NCBI GenBank assembly: GCA_965225855.1
Contig: CBDDCK010000005.1
Span: 288,001-352,000, forward strand
DNA from: Spirochaetia bacterium
GTDB taxonomy: Bacteria; Spirochaetota; Spirochaetia; SP-2023
DNA length: 64,000 bases
Reading direction: 5' to 3'
Below the pieces are notes generated by a model. It saw nothing but the letters and a program-made list of their open reading frames with translations. It had not been told where the DNA came from and did not search any database. The position numbers and the translations under genes were made by a program. The number at the start of each line of letters is the position of its first letter. Position 1 is the stretch's first letter. Shown here in pieces: positions 43,292 to 53,487 of the stretch.

Positions 43292-45394
43292 TTACTTACT
43301 AACGAATATACTAGTGGTTAGGTCTTCTGCGCTACCACCTGCAAATCCTGCTGCTGCTTCCAGGTTGTATGCACCATTAGCATCACGAAGACCTTCCTTA
43401 ACCAGTATTGCATTAGCTTCCGCTTTTACACTACCGCTTAAAGTAATCCTTAAGAATGTTGCACGTGCACTAGAACCTGTGGCTTTATTTTCACCTGCGG
43501 TTGCGTGCCGGGGTAATGTGTATTTCTTCTTACCATCACCGGATACAATCGTCAATTTGCTAAAGTCCCAGCCTGCAACTGCTGTCGGTAACCTGTTACC
43601 ATAAATATTTAACTTGCCAGTATTAGGAAAGTAGTATGAGAGGTCGATCTGGCTTACGTAGCCACTAACGGTAATAGGGTTGCTTGTGTCTGCTGCGCTA
43701 CCACCTGAAAATCCTGCTGCTGCTTCCAGGTTGTATGCACCAGCATTATCACTTTTACCATCGTTAACCAGTATCTTCTCGGCTTCCGCTTTTACACTAC
43801 CGCTTAAAGTAATCGTTAAGCTGTTTCTACTTGCACCAGAACCTGTGGCTGTGTTTGCACCTATTGCGTGCCGGGGTAATGTGTATCTCTTACTACCATC
43901 ACCGGATACAAGCGTCAATTTGCTAAAGTCCCAACCTGCAACTGTTTCCGGTAAACCGCCACCATTAATATATAACACACCTGTGTTAACATTGTAGTAT
44001 AAGTCTTTGATAAAACCTACATACCCACTAACGGTAATAGGGTTATTGCTTGTGTCTTCTGCCCTACCACCTGCAAATCCTGCTGCTGCTTCCAGGTTGT
44101 ATGCACCAGCATCATCACTTTCACCATCGTTAACCAGTATCTTCTCGGCTTCCGCTTTTACACTACCGATTAAAGTAATCTTTAAGAATGTTGCACTTGC
44201 ATTAGAACCTACGGCTCTGTTTATACCGGTTAGGTTGTGCCGTGGTAATGTGTATCTCTTACTACCATCACCAGATACAAGCGTCAATTTGCTAAAGTCC
44301 CAGCTATTCACTGCTTTTGGTAAATTAGTACCTGTAATCTCTAAGAAGCTTAAAGTAACATCATAGGTTGCACTGGTAATTGCGGGTGGGTTTCCACTAA
44401 CGGCCAAGGCTTTGGCTGTATCTAAACCCGCCCAAGCACCAGTGCTAGTAAGCAACCCATCTTTTAGACCATTGCTATCCATACCGTCCTTGCCATTCAG
44501 AGTAGTTTTATGTTGATCGGTAAGGTAAAGCCAAAGCGCTGTGCCATCGCTTTTAATACGGTACTTACCTTTTGCAAGACTGCGACTATCTGGCCCAGTG
44601 GCTGTGCCATCTGCAGTATAAGAATTTAAGGCTAGGCCATCTACAGTGATAGTTTGGATTTGCGCTTGTTGCGCACTAGCTAAGTGAGTACCTTGTAAAG
44701 TTAACAGCGCCGTGCCAACATGGTAGGTTGCACGGGTAATTGTGGCTTTAGGCGAATCCTCTTCGACTTGTTCGACTTGTTCGTCTTTAGGTTGCTTAGG
44801 CGACTCTTCTTCAGCTTGTTCGACTTGTTTGTCTTTAGGTTGCTTAGGCGATTGATCATCGACTTCTTCGGTTTGTTCGGCTTCGGGTAACTTAGGCGAC
44901 TCTTCTTCGGCTTCGGTCTTAGACTGCTTATCGGGTATATACTTAAAGACCAAGTCTCTAGGTGTATTTAAACCCGCCCAAGCACCAGAGCCAACGCTAA
45001 GCAACCCTTTTTTTAGACCATTGCTATCCACCTTGCCATTCAGAGTAGCTTTATGTCGATCGGTAAGTCTAAGCCAAAGCGCTGTGCCATCGCCTTTAAT
45101 ACGGTACTTACCTTGTTCAAGACCGTTACTATCTTCACCAGTGGCTGGGTCATCTGCAGTATAGGAACTTAAGGCTACGCCATATACTTTGATAGTTTTG
45201 ATTTGCGCTTCTGTAGGACTTAAGTTAGAACCTTGTATGGTTAACAGAGCCGTGCCAACATCGTAGATGGCGTTATTGATAGTCGGCTTAGACGGCCCAG
45301 AAGACGGCGCATCGTCATCGGGTGGGGTGCAGGCCAAGGCCATAAAGGCCAGTAGCAGTGCTACAGGCAATAAAAATAGTTTGAGCTTATACAT
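43292..45394 (-). CDS. Modular surface lipoprotein/adhesin, paralog 3 (A-linker-A-B-B-B)
   Basis: Same signal peptide, lipobox and domains as the other two copies. Confidence 0.85.
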   Translation of the reverse strand: MYKLKLFLLPVALLLAFMALACTPPDDDAPSSGPSKPTINNAIYDVGTALLTIQGSNLSPTEAQIKTIKVYGVALSSYTADDPATGEDSNGLEQGKYRIKGDGTALWLRLTDRHKATLNGKVDSNGLKKGLLSVGSGAWAGLNTPRDLVFKYIPDKQSKTEAEEESPKLPEAEQTEEVDDQSPKQPKDKQVEQAEEESPKQPKDEQVEQVEEDSPKATITRATYHVGTALLTLQGTHLASAQQAQIQTITVDGLALNSYTADGTATGPDSRSLAKGKYRIKSDGTALWLYLTDQHKTTLNGKDGMDSNGLKDGLLTSTGAWAGLDTAKALAVSGNPPAITSATYDVTLSFLEITGTNLPKAVNSWDFSKLTLVSGDGSKRYTLPRHNLTGINRAVGSNASATFLKITLIGSVKAEAEKILVNDGESDDAGAYNLEAAAGFAGGRAEDTSNNPITVSGYVGFIKDLYYNVNTGVLYINGGGLPETVAGWDFSKLTLVSGDGSKRYTLPRHAIGANTATGSGASRNSLTITLSGSVKAEAEKILVNDGKSDNAGAYNLEAAAGFSGGSAADTSNPITVSGYVSQIDLSYYFPNTGKLNIYGNRLPTAVAGWDFSKLTIVSGDGKKKYTLPRHATAGENKATGSSARATFLRITLSGSVKAEANAILVKEGLRDANGAYNLEAAAGFAGGSAEDLTTSIFVSK

Positions 45395-45738
45395 AAGCAA
45401 TACCTCCAACAATGGATAAAGATTGGCCAACCCATACGGGCTAGTCTGTAAATCCCCATTTTGCTAGGGGGGTGTTGCGTCAAGGCCTATACAAGCTTTT
45501 TGCAAACTTTTTTTGTGCTTTTGTGTGTTAGTGTTTTTTAGTGTTGTAAGGTGGTTAAAAATCCATGCCAATCCATTTGCATTCCATACTATCGTAATCT
45601 ATAAACCATCAAAGCAACCAATCCATAGTTATAGACGCAACAAGTCGATAACTATGGGCCGACCTAGTCCATAATTGTTACTTTTCAAAAGTACATAATT
45701 AGGGCATGGTTTGGTTTTTGTTGTGAAGGCTTGGGGGG
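45395..45738 (-). promoter_or_regulatory. Conserved leader, copy 3 (C6 tract)
   Basis: Reverse complement matches 1649-2016; G6 at 45467-45472. Confidence 0.7.
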
Positions 45739-46353
45739 TGGGTTGTTGGTTAGGGGGCTATTGTTGCTTTTAATTATTTATCTGCTGTGGAGACCATATA
45801 AAAAGGTGTCGGGCAAGACTCAATAATTCTAATTTCTATAGAAATTAGATAAAACCAAAAAAGACGCAACAATTTATATCCCATATTGTTAAAAATTCTG
45901 CGTTAAAATCCTTTAAAGTTTTGACATCAATAAGAGCGCATTTTCAGCTCTATTTTATTTTTCTGTATTGTCGTTAGTTCCATTGTTCTAAAAGCCATGA
46001 AGTTTGCAATTTTTATAATTTATCCACAACAAAATAAAAATCATTACAAATATTTTGGCTAAAAAGCCTTGACCTGTCGGCCAAGGCTTTGAGATATGAA
46101 TCACTTTGGGAGGGGAACAATGAACTTCAAATCTCCATATCATTATCGTCTTTGGATTTAAAAAATTTATACATTTTTTCATGTTTTTTCATATCTATCA
46201 ATAAACGAAATAGATTGCTTCTTTTCGATTCTTTTATTCTTTTTTGGTTGACGGTTACAGGAAAATTTTCTAAGATACGACTCCCATTAGCAGCTCAATT
46301 TTAACTTTGTTAAGGGTGGCATTAATTTGATTTTTTATTAGGAGCACTGCAAT

Positions 46354-47625
46354 ATGAAATATTTCATGAAAAATTTCTTTGTAATTTTTATTTTCACTAT
46401 TCTACTAGGCGTTTCTTGCAAACCAGATCAAAAAAAGCTTTCACAGTTGATTTTTTTAGAAACTTTAACTAGTCCTGCTAGAACCAAACTTTTCCAATCC
46501 ATTATCGATGAATTTCAAGAGCAAAGAGCAGACGTTAGCATTGAATTGATCTCTCCTCCTTATGAACAAGCAGATAATAAATTGACGTTGATGCTCAATT
46601 CTGAGCAGCCGTTAGACATCGTCGAAGTTCGGGATCACACCTTAAAGCAGTTTGTCAACAATAATAAGTTAAAAGACCTTTCTTCCTATTTTGCTTCTTG
46701 GGGTGCTGAAGATAGTTTATTACCTTTAGCCAATACGGCAGCCAAAACAGTCAATAATACTCCATACCTCATTCCTGAATTCTTTTTTATTAAAGCTCTG
46801 TTTGTTCGTTCAGATATTCTTAACGATTTGGGATACAGTGAATTACCTACAACTATGGCAGAAATGTATCGCATTGCTGCAGAAATTACCAACCCTGCTG
46901 CCAATCAATATGGGTTTGGCTTCCGAGGTAAAGGGAACTCATTTAAAATTTCAGATACGATGATCTTTTCCGATTTGGATAATATTAGCCCAGATAATAT
47001 TTATATGACTGTCGATGGCGAATCTGTCTTCACCCAGCCAGAAATGAAGGAAGCGTTGCAAGCGTATGTCGACCTTTATAAAAATGCAGTTCCAAGTGAT
47101 GGTATTAACTGGGGTTTTAACGAACAGGTAAACGCTTTTATTTCTGGTACAACACCATTTTTAATTCAAGACCCTGATACAGTTGCTTTAGTGAATGAAC
47201 AGTTAGGTGAAGAAAATTATACAGTAATTCCTTTGCCTGTAGGGAAAAGTGGTAAAGCATATCTTGACTATGGCTTTGCCGGTTTAGGCATACCCAGTTA
47301 TTCAGAAAATGCAGATACAGCTTGGGATTTTATTGCCTACTTTAGTAGCCCAGAAAAAAATGCGCAATTTTGTAAAGCTTATGGCCCATTGCCAATTAAT
47401 AAAGCTAGCTATACCAATGATCCATATTTTAGCTCTGGGATTTACAGAGCTTGGGAAGCAACCATGAACGATTCGCCAGTACATGCTTTTGTTAAGTACC
47501 CGCTGGATTCTTCTAAATATCCAGGGTGGCCTCAGATTCAAGAACAGTATATGCAATCCCTTTTGTTAGATAAAATTACCGTTGATGAAGCTCTAGCAAA
47601 ATGGGCTGAATACTGGCAAGATTAA
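46354..47625 (+). CDS. Carbohydrate ABC transporter substrate-binding lipoprotein
   Basis: Lipobox GVS-C; SBP_bac_1-like sequence; followed by two CUT1 permeases. Confidence 0.9.
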   Translation: MKYFMKNFFVIFIFTILLGVSCKPDQKKLSQLIFLETLTSPARTKLFQSIIDEFQEQRADVSIELISPPYEQADNKLTLMLNSEQPLDIVEVRDHTLKQFVNNNKLKDLSSYFASWGAEDSLLPLANTAAKTVNNTPYLIPEFFFIKALFVRSDILNDLGYSELPTTMAEMYRIAAEITNPAANQYGFGFRGKGNSFKISDTMIFSDLDNISPDNIYMTVDGESVFTQPEMKEALQAYVDLYKNAVPSDGINWGFNEQVNAFISGTTPFLIQDPDTVALVNEQLGEENYTVIPLPVGKSGKAYLDYGFAGLGIPSYSENADTAWDFIAYFSSPEKNAQFCKAYGPLPINKASYTNDPYFSSGIYRAWEATMNDSPVHAFVKYPLDSSKYPGWPQIQEQYMQSLLLDKITVDEALAKWAEYWQD

Positions 47626-47703
47626 TTTGCAATTTTCATTTCATTGTGCAGCCTCTAATTTATTTTTGGGGGCTGCATCTTTTGTTTGATAAATCATTTG
47701 GTT

Positions 47704-48588
47704 ATGTTTTCAGAAAAATCAATTTATCGACTGATGCTTTTGCCGGTTTTGCTAGTTTTATCCATATTTGTATACCTACCTACAATACGTGGCCTAGTAA
47801 TGGCTTTCCAAAATTATCAACTCTTTGATCTTTCCGATCAAAGTTTTAATGGACTAGCCAATTTTTCTGCGATTGTGTTTGACAAAAATATTCGCTTCTT
47901 ACGGATTTTACTCAATACTTTGTTATGGGTTGTTGGCTCTTTGGTTTTGCAATTGATTTTAGGTTTTACTTTGGCTCTGCTCATGAAGCAGCCTTTTAGG
48001 GGACGGGGCCTTTATGCTGGATTTGTATTTTATTCCTGGGCCCTTTCGGGTTTTGCAATTGGCTTAATTTGGGCTTGGTTATTTAACGGTCAATTCGGCT
48101 TGATCAATGATTTGCTTACTAAAGTGGGCTTTATCAATGTGCCGGTTTCTTTTTTGTCCACCCCCAAACTGGCTATGGTTTCGGTAATTATTGCCAATAT
48201 CTGGTACGGTATTCCCTTTTTTGGAATTATGTTGTTGGCAGCTTTACAGTCAGTGCCCAAAGAACTTTATGAGTCCGCAACGATTGATGGCTGTAGTAAA
48301 TTAAACCAATTGTTTTTGATTTCAATTCCCTATATACAACCTACTATTATTAGCACGGTTTTACTAAGAACTATGTGGGTGGTTAATTTCCCCGATATTA
48401 TTTATGCAATGACGAATGGAGGGCCAGCCAATAGTACGAATATTCTGGCTACTCAAATGATTAACAAAGTTTTTAAAGAGTACAACTACGGCCAAGGTGC
48501 AGCTATTTCTTTTATGATCATTTTTCTGCTGTTTTTCTATGCAATTTTCTACTTAAAGATAAACTCAAAAAATGAAGAGACTTTATGA
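47704..48588 (+). CDS. Carbohydrate ABC permease
   Basis: EAA loop LQSVPKELYESATIDG; TNGGP; start may be 47686. Confidence 0.92.
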   Translation: MFSEKSIYRLMLLPVLLVLSIFVYLPTIRGLVMAFQNYQLFDLSDQSFNGLANFSAIVFDKNIRFLRILLNTLLWVVGSLVLQLILGFTLALLMKQPFRGRGLYAGFVFYSWALSGFAIGLIWAWLFNGQFGLINDLLTKVGFINVPVSFLSTPKLAMVSVIIANIWYGIPFFGIMLLAALQSVPKELYESATIDGCSKLNQLFLISIPYIQPTIISTVLLRTMWVVNFPDIIYAMTNGGPANSTNILATQMINKVFKEYNYGQGAAISFMIIFLLFFYAIFYLKINSKNEETL

Positions 48589-49418
48589 AAACATCAAAAG
48601 TTCAAGAATATTTGCGTTACTTCTTTTTGTTTGTATTTCTTTTGATTTCTATTCTCCCTCTTTACTGGATTCTTATAACAAGTTTTAAAGGCCCTAAAGA
48701 AATATATACTTGGCCATTGCAATATTGGCCAAGCGAATTTAGCCTAAAAAGTTATGAAAAATTATTTTCTTTCTCCAACTTCAGCAGATATTTTCGCAAC
48801 TCACTTTCTATTGCGTTCTATTCTTCTTTGATTGCAATGGCTATTTCTATTTCTGGGGGCTTTGCCCTTTCACGCTACAAATCTTTAAAAACGAAAAAAA
48901 GCTTGTTGCTCGCTTTGTACTTTACACAAACGATACCAACTTTTATTTTAATGGTGCCTCTTTTTACGGCTTTATCGGCAATGAAATTGGCCAATAATCT
49001 TTCTGTTTTGGGTTTGGTTTATGTTGCAACTGTTATTGCATTTTCGACCATTATGGCAAAAAGTTTTTTTGATCGGATACCTTCGAGTCTCGAAGAAGCT
49101 GCTATGATAGATGGTTGTTCTACTATACAATCCCTAATTTATGTTATTCTCCCTGTAACATTGCCGGGAATGTTTGCTCTGTTTAGCTTTGCTTTTATCA
49201 ACATTTGGAATGAGTTATTCTTAGCCGTAATTCTCATTTCATCGGATAAATATATAACTGTTCCCGTTGCTTTAAATTCCTTCATATCAAAAGCGGGTGT
49301 TAGCTGGGACGTGATGAGTTCGGGAATCGTTATCGCATTATTACCGACAATGCTTGTATTTGGTATTGGGCAAAAATATATTGTTTTGGGTTTAGTCGAA
49401 GGCGGAGTAAAAGGTTAA
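48585..49418 (+). CDS. Carbohydrate ABC permease
   Basis: IPSSLEEAAMIDG, WNE, C-terminal GGVKG. Confidence 0.92.
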   Translation: MKTSKVQEYLRYFFLFVFLLISILPLYWILITSFKGPKEIYTWPLQYWPSEFSLKSYEKLFSFSNFSRYFRNSLSIAFYSSLIAMAISISGGFALSRYKSLKTKKSLLLALYFTQTIPTFILMVPLFTALSAMKLANNLSVLGLVYVATVIAFSTIMAKSFFDRIPSSLEEAAMIDGCSTIQSLIYVILPVTLPGMFALFSFAFINIWNELFLAVILISSDKYITVPVALNSFISKAGVSWDVMSSGIVIALLPTMLVFGIGQKYIVLGLVEGGVKG

Positions 49419-49426
49419 ATAATTTT

Positions 49427-50596
49427 ATGGCAGAAAAATACACAACGGAAATTCTCCATCACATGAATGAGGAGCAGCTCCCCCTCAATGCCATTAGTCC
49501 GCCAATTTTCCAAACTTCAATTTTTCAACATTCTTCGTATGATGCTTTGGTGGCTGCCTTCGCCGATGAGGAAAAATCGTTATTATATACGCGGGGCAAT
49601 AACCCTACTGTCAATCTTGTGGAACAAAAAATTGCAGCCCTAGAACATGGCGAAAAAGCTAAGCTGGTTGCATCAGGGGTTGCTGCTATTTCACAAGCTA
49701 TTCTGGCATTTGTTCAGTCGGGCGACCATATTATTGCGGTGGAAGATTGTTATCCCCCGACACGCCATTTAATTGAAATTTATTTGAAACGTTTTGGGGT
49801 TTCGTCAAGTTTTGTTGAAGGTACAAAGTTAGAAGATTTTGAAAATGCTTTACAATCAAACACTCGTTTAATTCTTTTAGAAAGCCCTACAACTGTAACT
49901 TTTAAACTGCAAAATCTAAAGGAAGTAGCAGCCTTTGCCCAGCAGCACAAAATCAAAACGATTATCGACAATTCTTGGGCAACGCCGATATTCCAAAATC
50001 CCATTAAGTTTGGTATAGATTTGGTGGTTCATTCTGCTTCAAAATATTTGGGAGGCAATTCTGATATTGTTGGTGGCGTGATTATTGGCAACAAAGAAGA
50101 CTTAAGCCATATTTTCAAAAATGAATTTTTGATTACGGGCCCCGTTCCCGACCCATTCCAAGCGTGGCTAATTTTGCGCAACATGCGCACTCTTCATATC
50201 AAAATGCCCGTACATTTTCAAAATACTTTAGCGATCACAGAATATTTATCGACTCATGATAAAGTTGAAAATATTATTTATCCTTTCAGACCTGATTTTC
50301 CTCAACATAATTTAGCTCAAGAGCAAATGCGGGGTGGGGTCGGATTGTTTTCTTTTCGGCTTAAAACGCGTGAAATTGGCCATGTTAGAAATTTTATCAA
50401 TGCTTTATCATTTTTTAAAATTGCCATTAGTTGGGGTGGCTATGAAAGTTTAATTTTTCCTCTTGCAGCAAAATGGCAAGATGTTTTACAAATTCCCAAC
50501 GAACAAATTTCTTTGATTCGATGTCATGTGGGTATAGAAGAAGTTGGATTATTAATAGATGATTTAGACCAAGCGTTAGCGAAAATTAAAAGTTAA
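49427..50596 (+). CDS. PLP-dependent Cys/Met metabolism enzyme (cystathionine lyase-like)
   Basis: YTRGNNPT, ESPT, DNSWATP, HSASKYLGG, SWGGYESL. Confidence 0.92.
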   Translation: MAEKYTTEILHHMNEEQLPLNAISPPIFQTSIFQHSSYDALVAAFADEEKSLLYTRGNNPTVNLVEQKIAALEHGEKAKLVASGVAAISQAILAFVQSGDHIIAVEDCYPPTRHLIEIYLKRFGVSSSFVEGTKLEDFENALQSNTRLILLESPTTVTFKLQNLKEVAAFAQQHKIKTIIDNSWATPIFQNPIKFGIDLVVHSASKYLGGNSDIVGGVIIGNKEDLSHIFKNEFLITGPVPDPFQAWLILRNMRTLHIKMPVHFQNTLAITEYLSTHDKVENIIYPFRPDFPQHNLAQEQMRGGVGLFSFRLKTREIGHVRNFINALSFFKIAISWGGYESLIFPLAAKWQDVLQIPNEQISLIRCHVGIEEVGLLIDDLDQALAKIKS

Positions 50597-50615
50597 CTAC
50601 GTGAAAGGAAGAAAA

Positions 50616-52178
50616 ATGAAGAACATAACAAACATAGATTGGAATAGTATTGTTCCGCAGCCACAATCCTTGGAATTGCGGCAGGGCAGTATTCCAATAA
50701 CAAAACTTAGCCTTTTTTCCAAAACCAATCAGGCTAATTATGCGGAATTGCATGGAAAAACTTTTACAGCAGAGGCTCAATTATTTTGCCAGCGACATCC
50801 CGAATTGCAAAATAATCAAGCGCCTAATACCGATCGGATACCAATTCAATTTGCAAAAATATCTGGGCTGAGCGCAGAAGGATACCGCATTACCATAAAT
50901 CCCGAGTCTGTTTTGATAGAAGCTAGTAGTTCGGCAGGTGCTTTTTATGCAACCATGACATTATCCCAATGGTTATGGCAGTACGCAGCTTTGCCGGTAG
51001 CTCAGCTAGCAGACGAGCCTCGTTTTGTTTGGCGTGGCTATATGTTGGATGTTAGCAGGCACTTTTTTTCGGTCAGCTACATAAAAGAATTAATGCAGCA
51101 ACTTGCTAGTTATAAAATAAACCGTTTCCATTTGCATTTAACTGATGATCAAGGTTGGCGGCTGCCCATAGCAAAATATCCGAAACTTACTGAATTTGGT
51201 AGTAAACGATATTCAACTTTTGATCATTTTCACCAACAAGCTCCGGGCGAAATCAGTGAATTTTATAGTGCAGAAGAAATTGCTGAATTGAATCAATTAG
51301 CTGCTCAACTCCATATGGTGATTGTGCCAGAAATAGATTTACCAGGCCATGCCACGGCTGCGCTAGCTTGCTACCCTAAAATGATATGTGCGCCTTTCCA
51401 AAATGATGAATTAAAAGTTTTGCCAATTTTGGGTATTTCGCGCAACGTATTGTGTCTGGGTAAGAAAGAAACTTGGGACTTTGTATATGCTGTATTAGAT
51501 GGAATTATCGAAGTTTTTCCGGGTGAATATATCCATTTGGGTGGCGATGAAGTTATATTTGATCATTGGCAGCAATGCCCAGATTGCCAAAAATTGATTG
51601 AAATAGAGGACTTGAAAGACACCCGCGATTTGCAGAATTTATTTACCCAGCGCAGTCGTAATTACATTCGTTCAAAAGGGAAAATCCCTTTATACTGGGA
51701 TGAAGTGGAAGAAAATGGATTTAGCGAAGGTACTATTTGTTGTTTTTGGCGGAGCTGGCCTGATTCGGTAGATATTAGCAGCTGTTCTTGGGATGTACTT
51801 GCCGCATCAAAAGGGGTGCCTGTTATTTCTTGTCCTGTTACGGGCGCATATTTTGATTATAAACATACTAGCCACCCACACGAATCTGGCAATATTGGCA
51901 TACTTAGCGTTTATAATAGTTATCATTTTCTACCGTTGGCTGATAAAGAGCCAGAGCTGGCCAAATACAATTTGGGCGTTCAAGCCAATTTGTGGACGGA
52001 GAAAATAGATTCTGTCAAAGATATTCAATATATGAGTTTTCCGCGTGTGCTTGCTATGGCTGAACAAGGTTGGAATAAAGGCGGTTGGGAATTGTTCCAA
52101 AATAAATGGCCAATGCAGCAGCAAGTACTTGAAGCCCAGGGGGTTTATTACTACTACCGTGGCCCTTGGAGAGAATAG
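50616..52178 (+). CDS. GH20 beta-N-acetylhexosaminidase
   Basis: RGYMLDVSRHF, HLTDDQGWR, PEIDLPGH, catalytic HLGGDE, LWTE; no signal peptide. Confidence 0.93.
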   Translation: MKNITNIDWNSIVPQPQSLELRQGSIPITKLSLFSKTNQANYAELHGKTFTAEAQLFCQRHPELQNNQAPNTDRIPIQFAKISGLSAEGYRITINPESVLIEASSSAGAFYATMTLSQWLWQYAALPVAQLADEPRFVWRGYMLDVSRHFFSVSYIKELMQQLASYKINRFHLHLTDDQGWRLPIAKYPKLTEFGSKRYSTFDHFHQQAPGEISEFYSAEEIAELNQLAAQLHMVIVPEIDLPGHATAALACYPKMICAPFQNDELKVLPILGISRNVLCLGKKETWDFVYAVLDGIIEVFPGEYIHLGGDEVIFDHWQQCPDCQKLIEIEDLKDTRDLQNLFTQRSRNYIRSKGKIPLYWDEVEENGFSEGTICCFWRSWPDSVDISSCSWDVLAASKGVPVISCPVTGAYFDYKHTSHPHESGNIGILSVYNSYHFLPLADKEPELAKYNLGVQANLWTEKIDSVKDIQYMSFPRVLAMAEQGWNKGGWELFQNKWPMQQQVLEAQGVYYYYRGPWRE

Positions 52179-52330
52179 GGAAGATTGGTAAGTCTAAATA
52201 GGCGGCAGGGTTGTTTGTTCTTTGGGGTTGCTCAAATTCTTATAAGCCGCCCGCCCTGCTTGCCCTGTTATTTAGGTTTTAAAATACAACCGAACTATCA
52301 TTTATTTTTATAGTTGAGGAGCCAAAAAAT

Positions 52331-52636
52331 ATGATAAGTAGCCAGTATATAGCTAGACAGCCTGATGGCAATTTACTCACTTTGTGGCTAAACATTGGTG
52401 TTCCCGAGTTCGATAGCGAATCAAATAATGGGGACTATCGCTGTAAAATAGAAGTGCAGGAATTAGAATTTAGCAGATATTCTTACGGTATTGATACGCT
52501 TCAAGCTCTTTGTATGACGATTCATTGTTTAAAAAACTTTTTTGAACCATTGCTATCTGAAGGCTGGAAATTTTATCATCCTCAAGATTTAGAACATGAT
52601 ATTGCTATTTTGTCTTGTTACTTTCCGCAGATATAG
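52331..52636 (+). CDS. Hypothetical protein (DUF6968-like)
   Basis: IGVP...YRC.I......YGIDTLQAL pattern; RBS GAGGAG. Confidence 0.6.
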   Translation: MISSQYIARQPDGNLLTLWLNIGVPEFDSESNNGDYRCKIEVQELEFSRYSYGIDTLQALCMTIHCLKNFFEPLLSEGWKFYHPQDLEHDIAILSCYFPQI

Positions 52637-52658
52637 CAGAAAGTGCCTACTAACAGTT

Positions 52659-53432
52659 TTAGACATCAGTTTTGATCGATAACGTTGCCAGTAGCGTATG
52701 CGAAGACATATCTTGCCGCCAATTGGCCCAATTGGTAGGCGAAAGGCTAGAATTTTGGCTCCATTCACTACGCATTAGCATACGTTTTACAATGCGTTGC
52801 GGGCTTTGCACTACTGCAAATTGCCCTGCACCCACATAAGCTACAGATTCCCCTGCTGCTAGTTGGGCAGATTCACCCAAAATTTTCAAGACACATTGGA
52901 AATGCGCTGAAGTTTGCTCTGGAACATCATCGGCTTGGGTAAAAAATTCTCCGGTTAAAATCTCCAAAGCTTCTAACAATTCCACATTATCGCTAATGGT
53001 TTGGTTACAAATACCACAAACCAAGTCTTCAGGCTTTTGTGGTAAATTTATCGGGCAATATTCAGGGCGGTAACTTTTGTTGCTAGATTTGTTGCGCAAT
53101 TTATTTTGCACCCTGTCACCAAAAATATCATACAACTCATGATGGTTATTGCCTTTATGATTTCTCCGTCCAGCCTGACCCGTTTGTCTGCGCTGTGATG
53201 GAGAATGCTCTGCGTTCCCATTTCCCTTAGCGACCTTATTGTTGGCCCCATTTGCCGAGCGGTTTTTCTTGCCCCGCTTATGGAACGGTGTTTCACTAGC
53301 AACTTGTGCTGCCACCGTTGCTTTGGGCACATTGTTCTGACTTTTTGGGGAAGCACCACGAAAAACTTTTTGAGGATTTTTAGGGGAAGTTCTTTTATTG
53401 CGCTTATTCTGTTGGGTATGTTCACGATTCAT
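52659..53432 (-). CDS. Hypothetical protein with basic disordered N-terminus and CxxC...HxxC domain
   Basis: CGICNQTI...HFQCV...YVGAGQFAVV; directly downstream of lysS. Confidence 0.7.
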   Translation of the reverse strand: MNREHTQQNKRNKRTSPKNPQKVFRGASPKSQNNVPKATVAAQVASETPFHKRGKKNRSANGANNKVAKGNGNAEHSPSQRRQTGQAGRRNHKGNNHHELYDIFGDRVQNKLRNKSSNKSYRPEYCPINLPQKPEDLVCGICNQTISDNVELLEALEILTGEFFTQADDVPEQTSAHFQCVLKILGESAQLAAGESVAYVGAGQFAVVQSPQRIVKRMLMRSEWSQNSSLSPTNWANWRQDMSSHTLLATLSIKTDV

Positions 53433-53487
53433 TGAGAGTCTCTATTTAGTGTAGGAAGTTTAGGCAGGCCAGCAAATGTTTTGTAAT

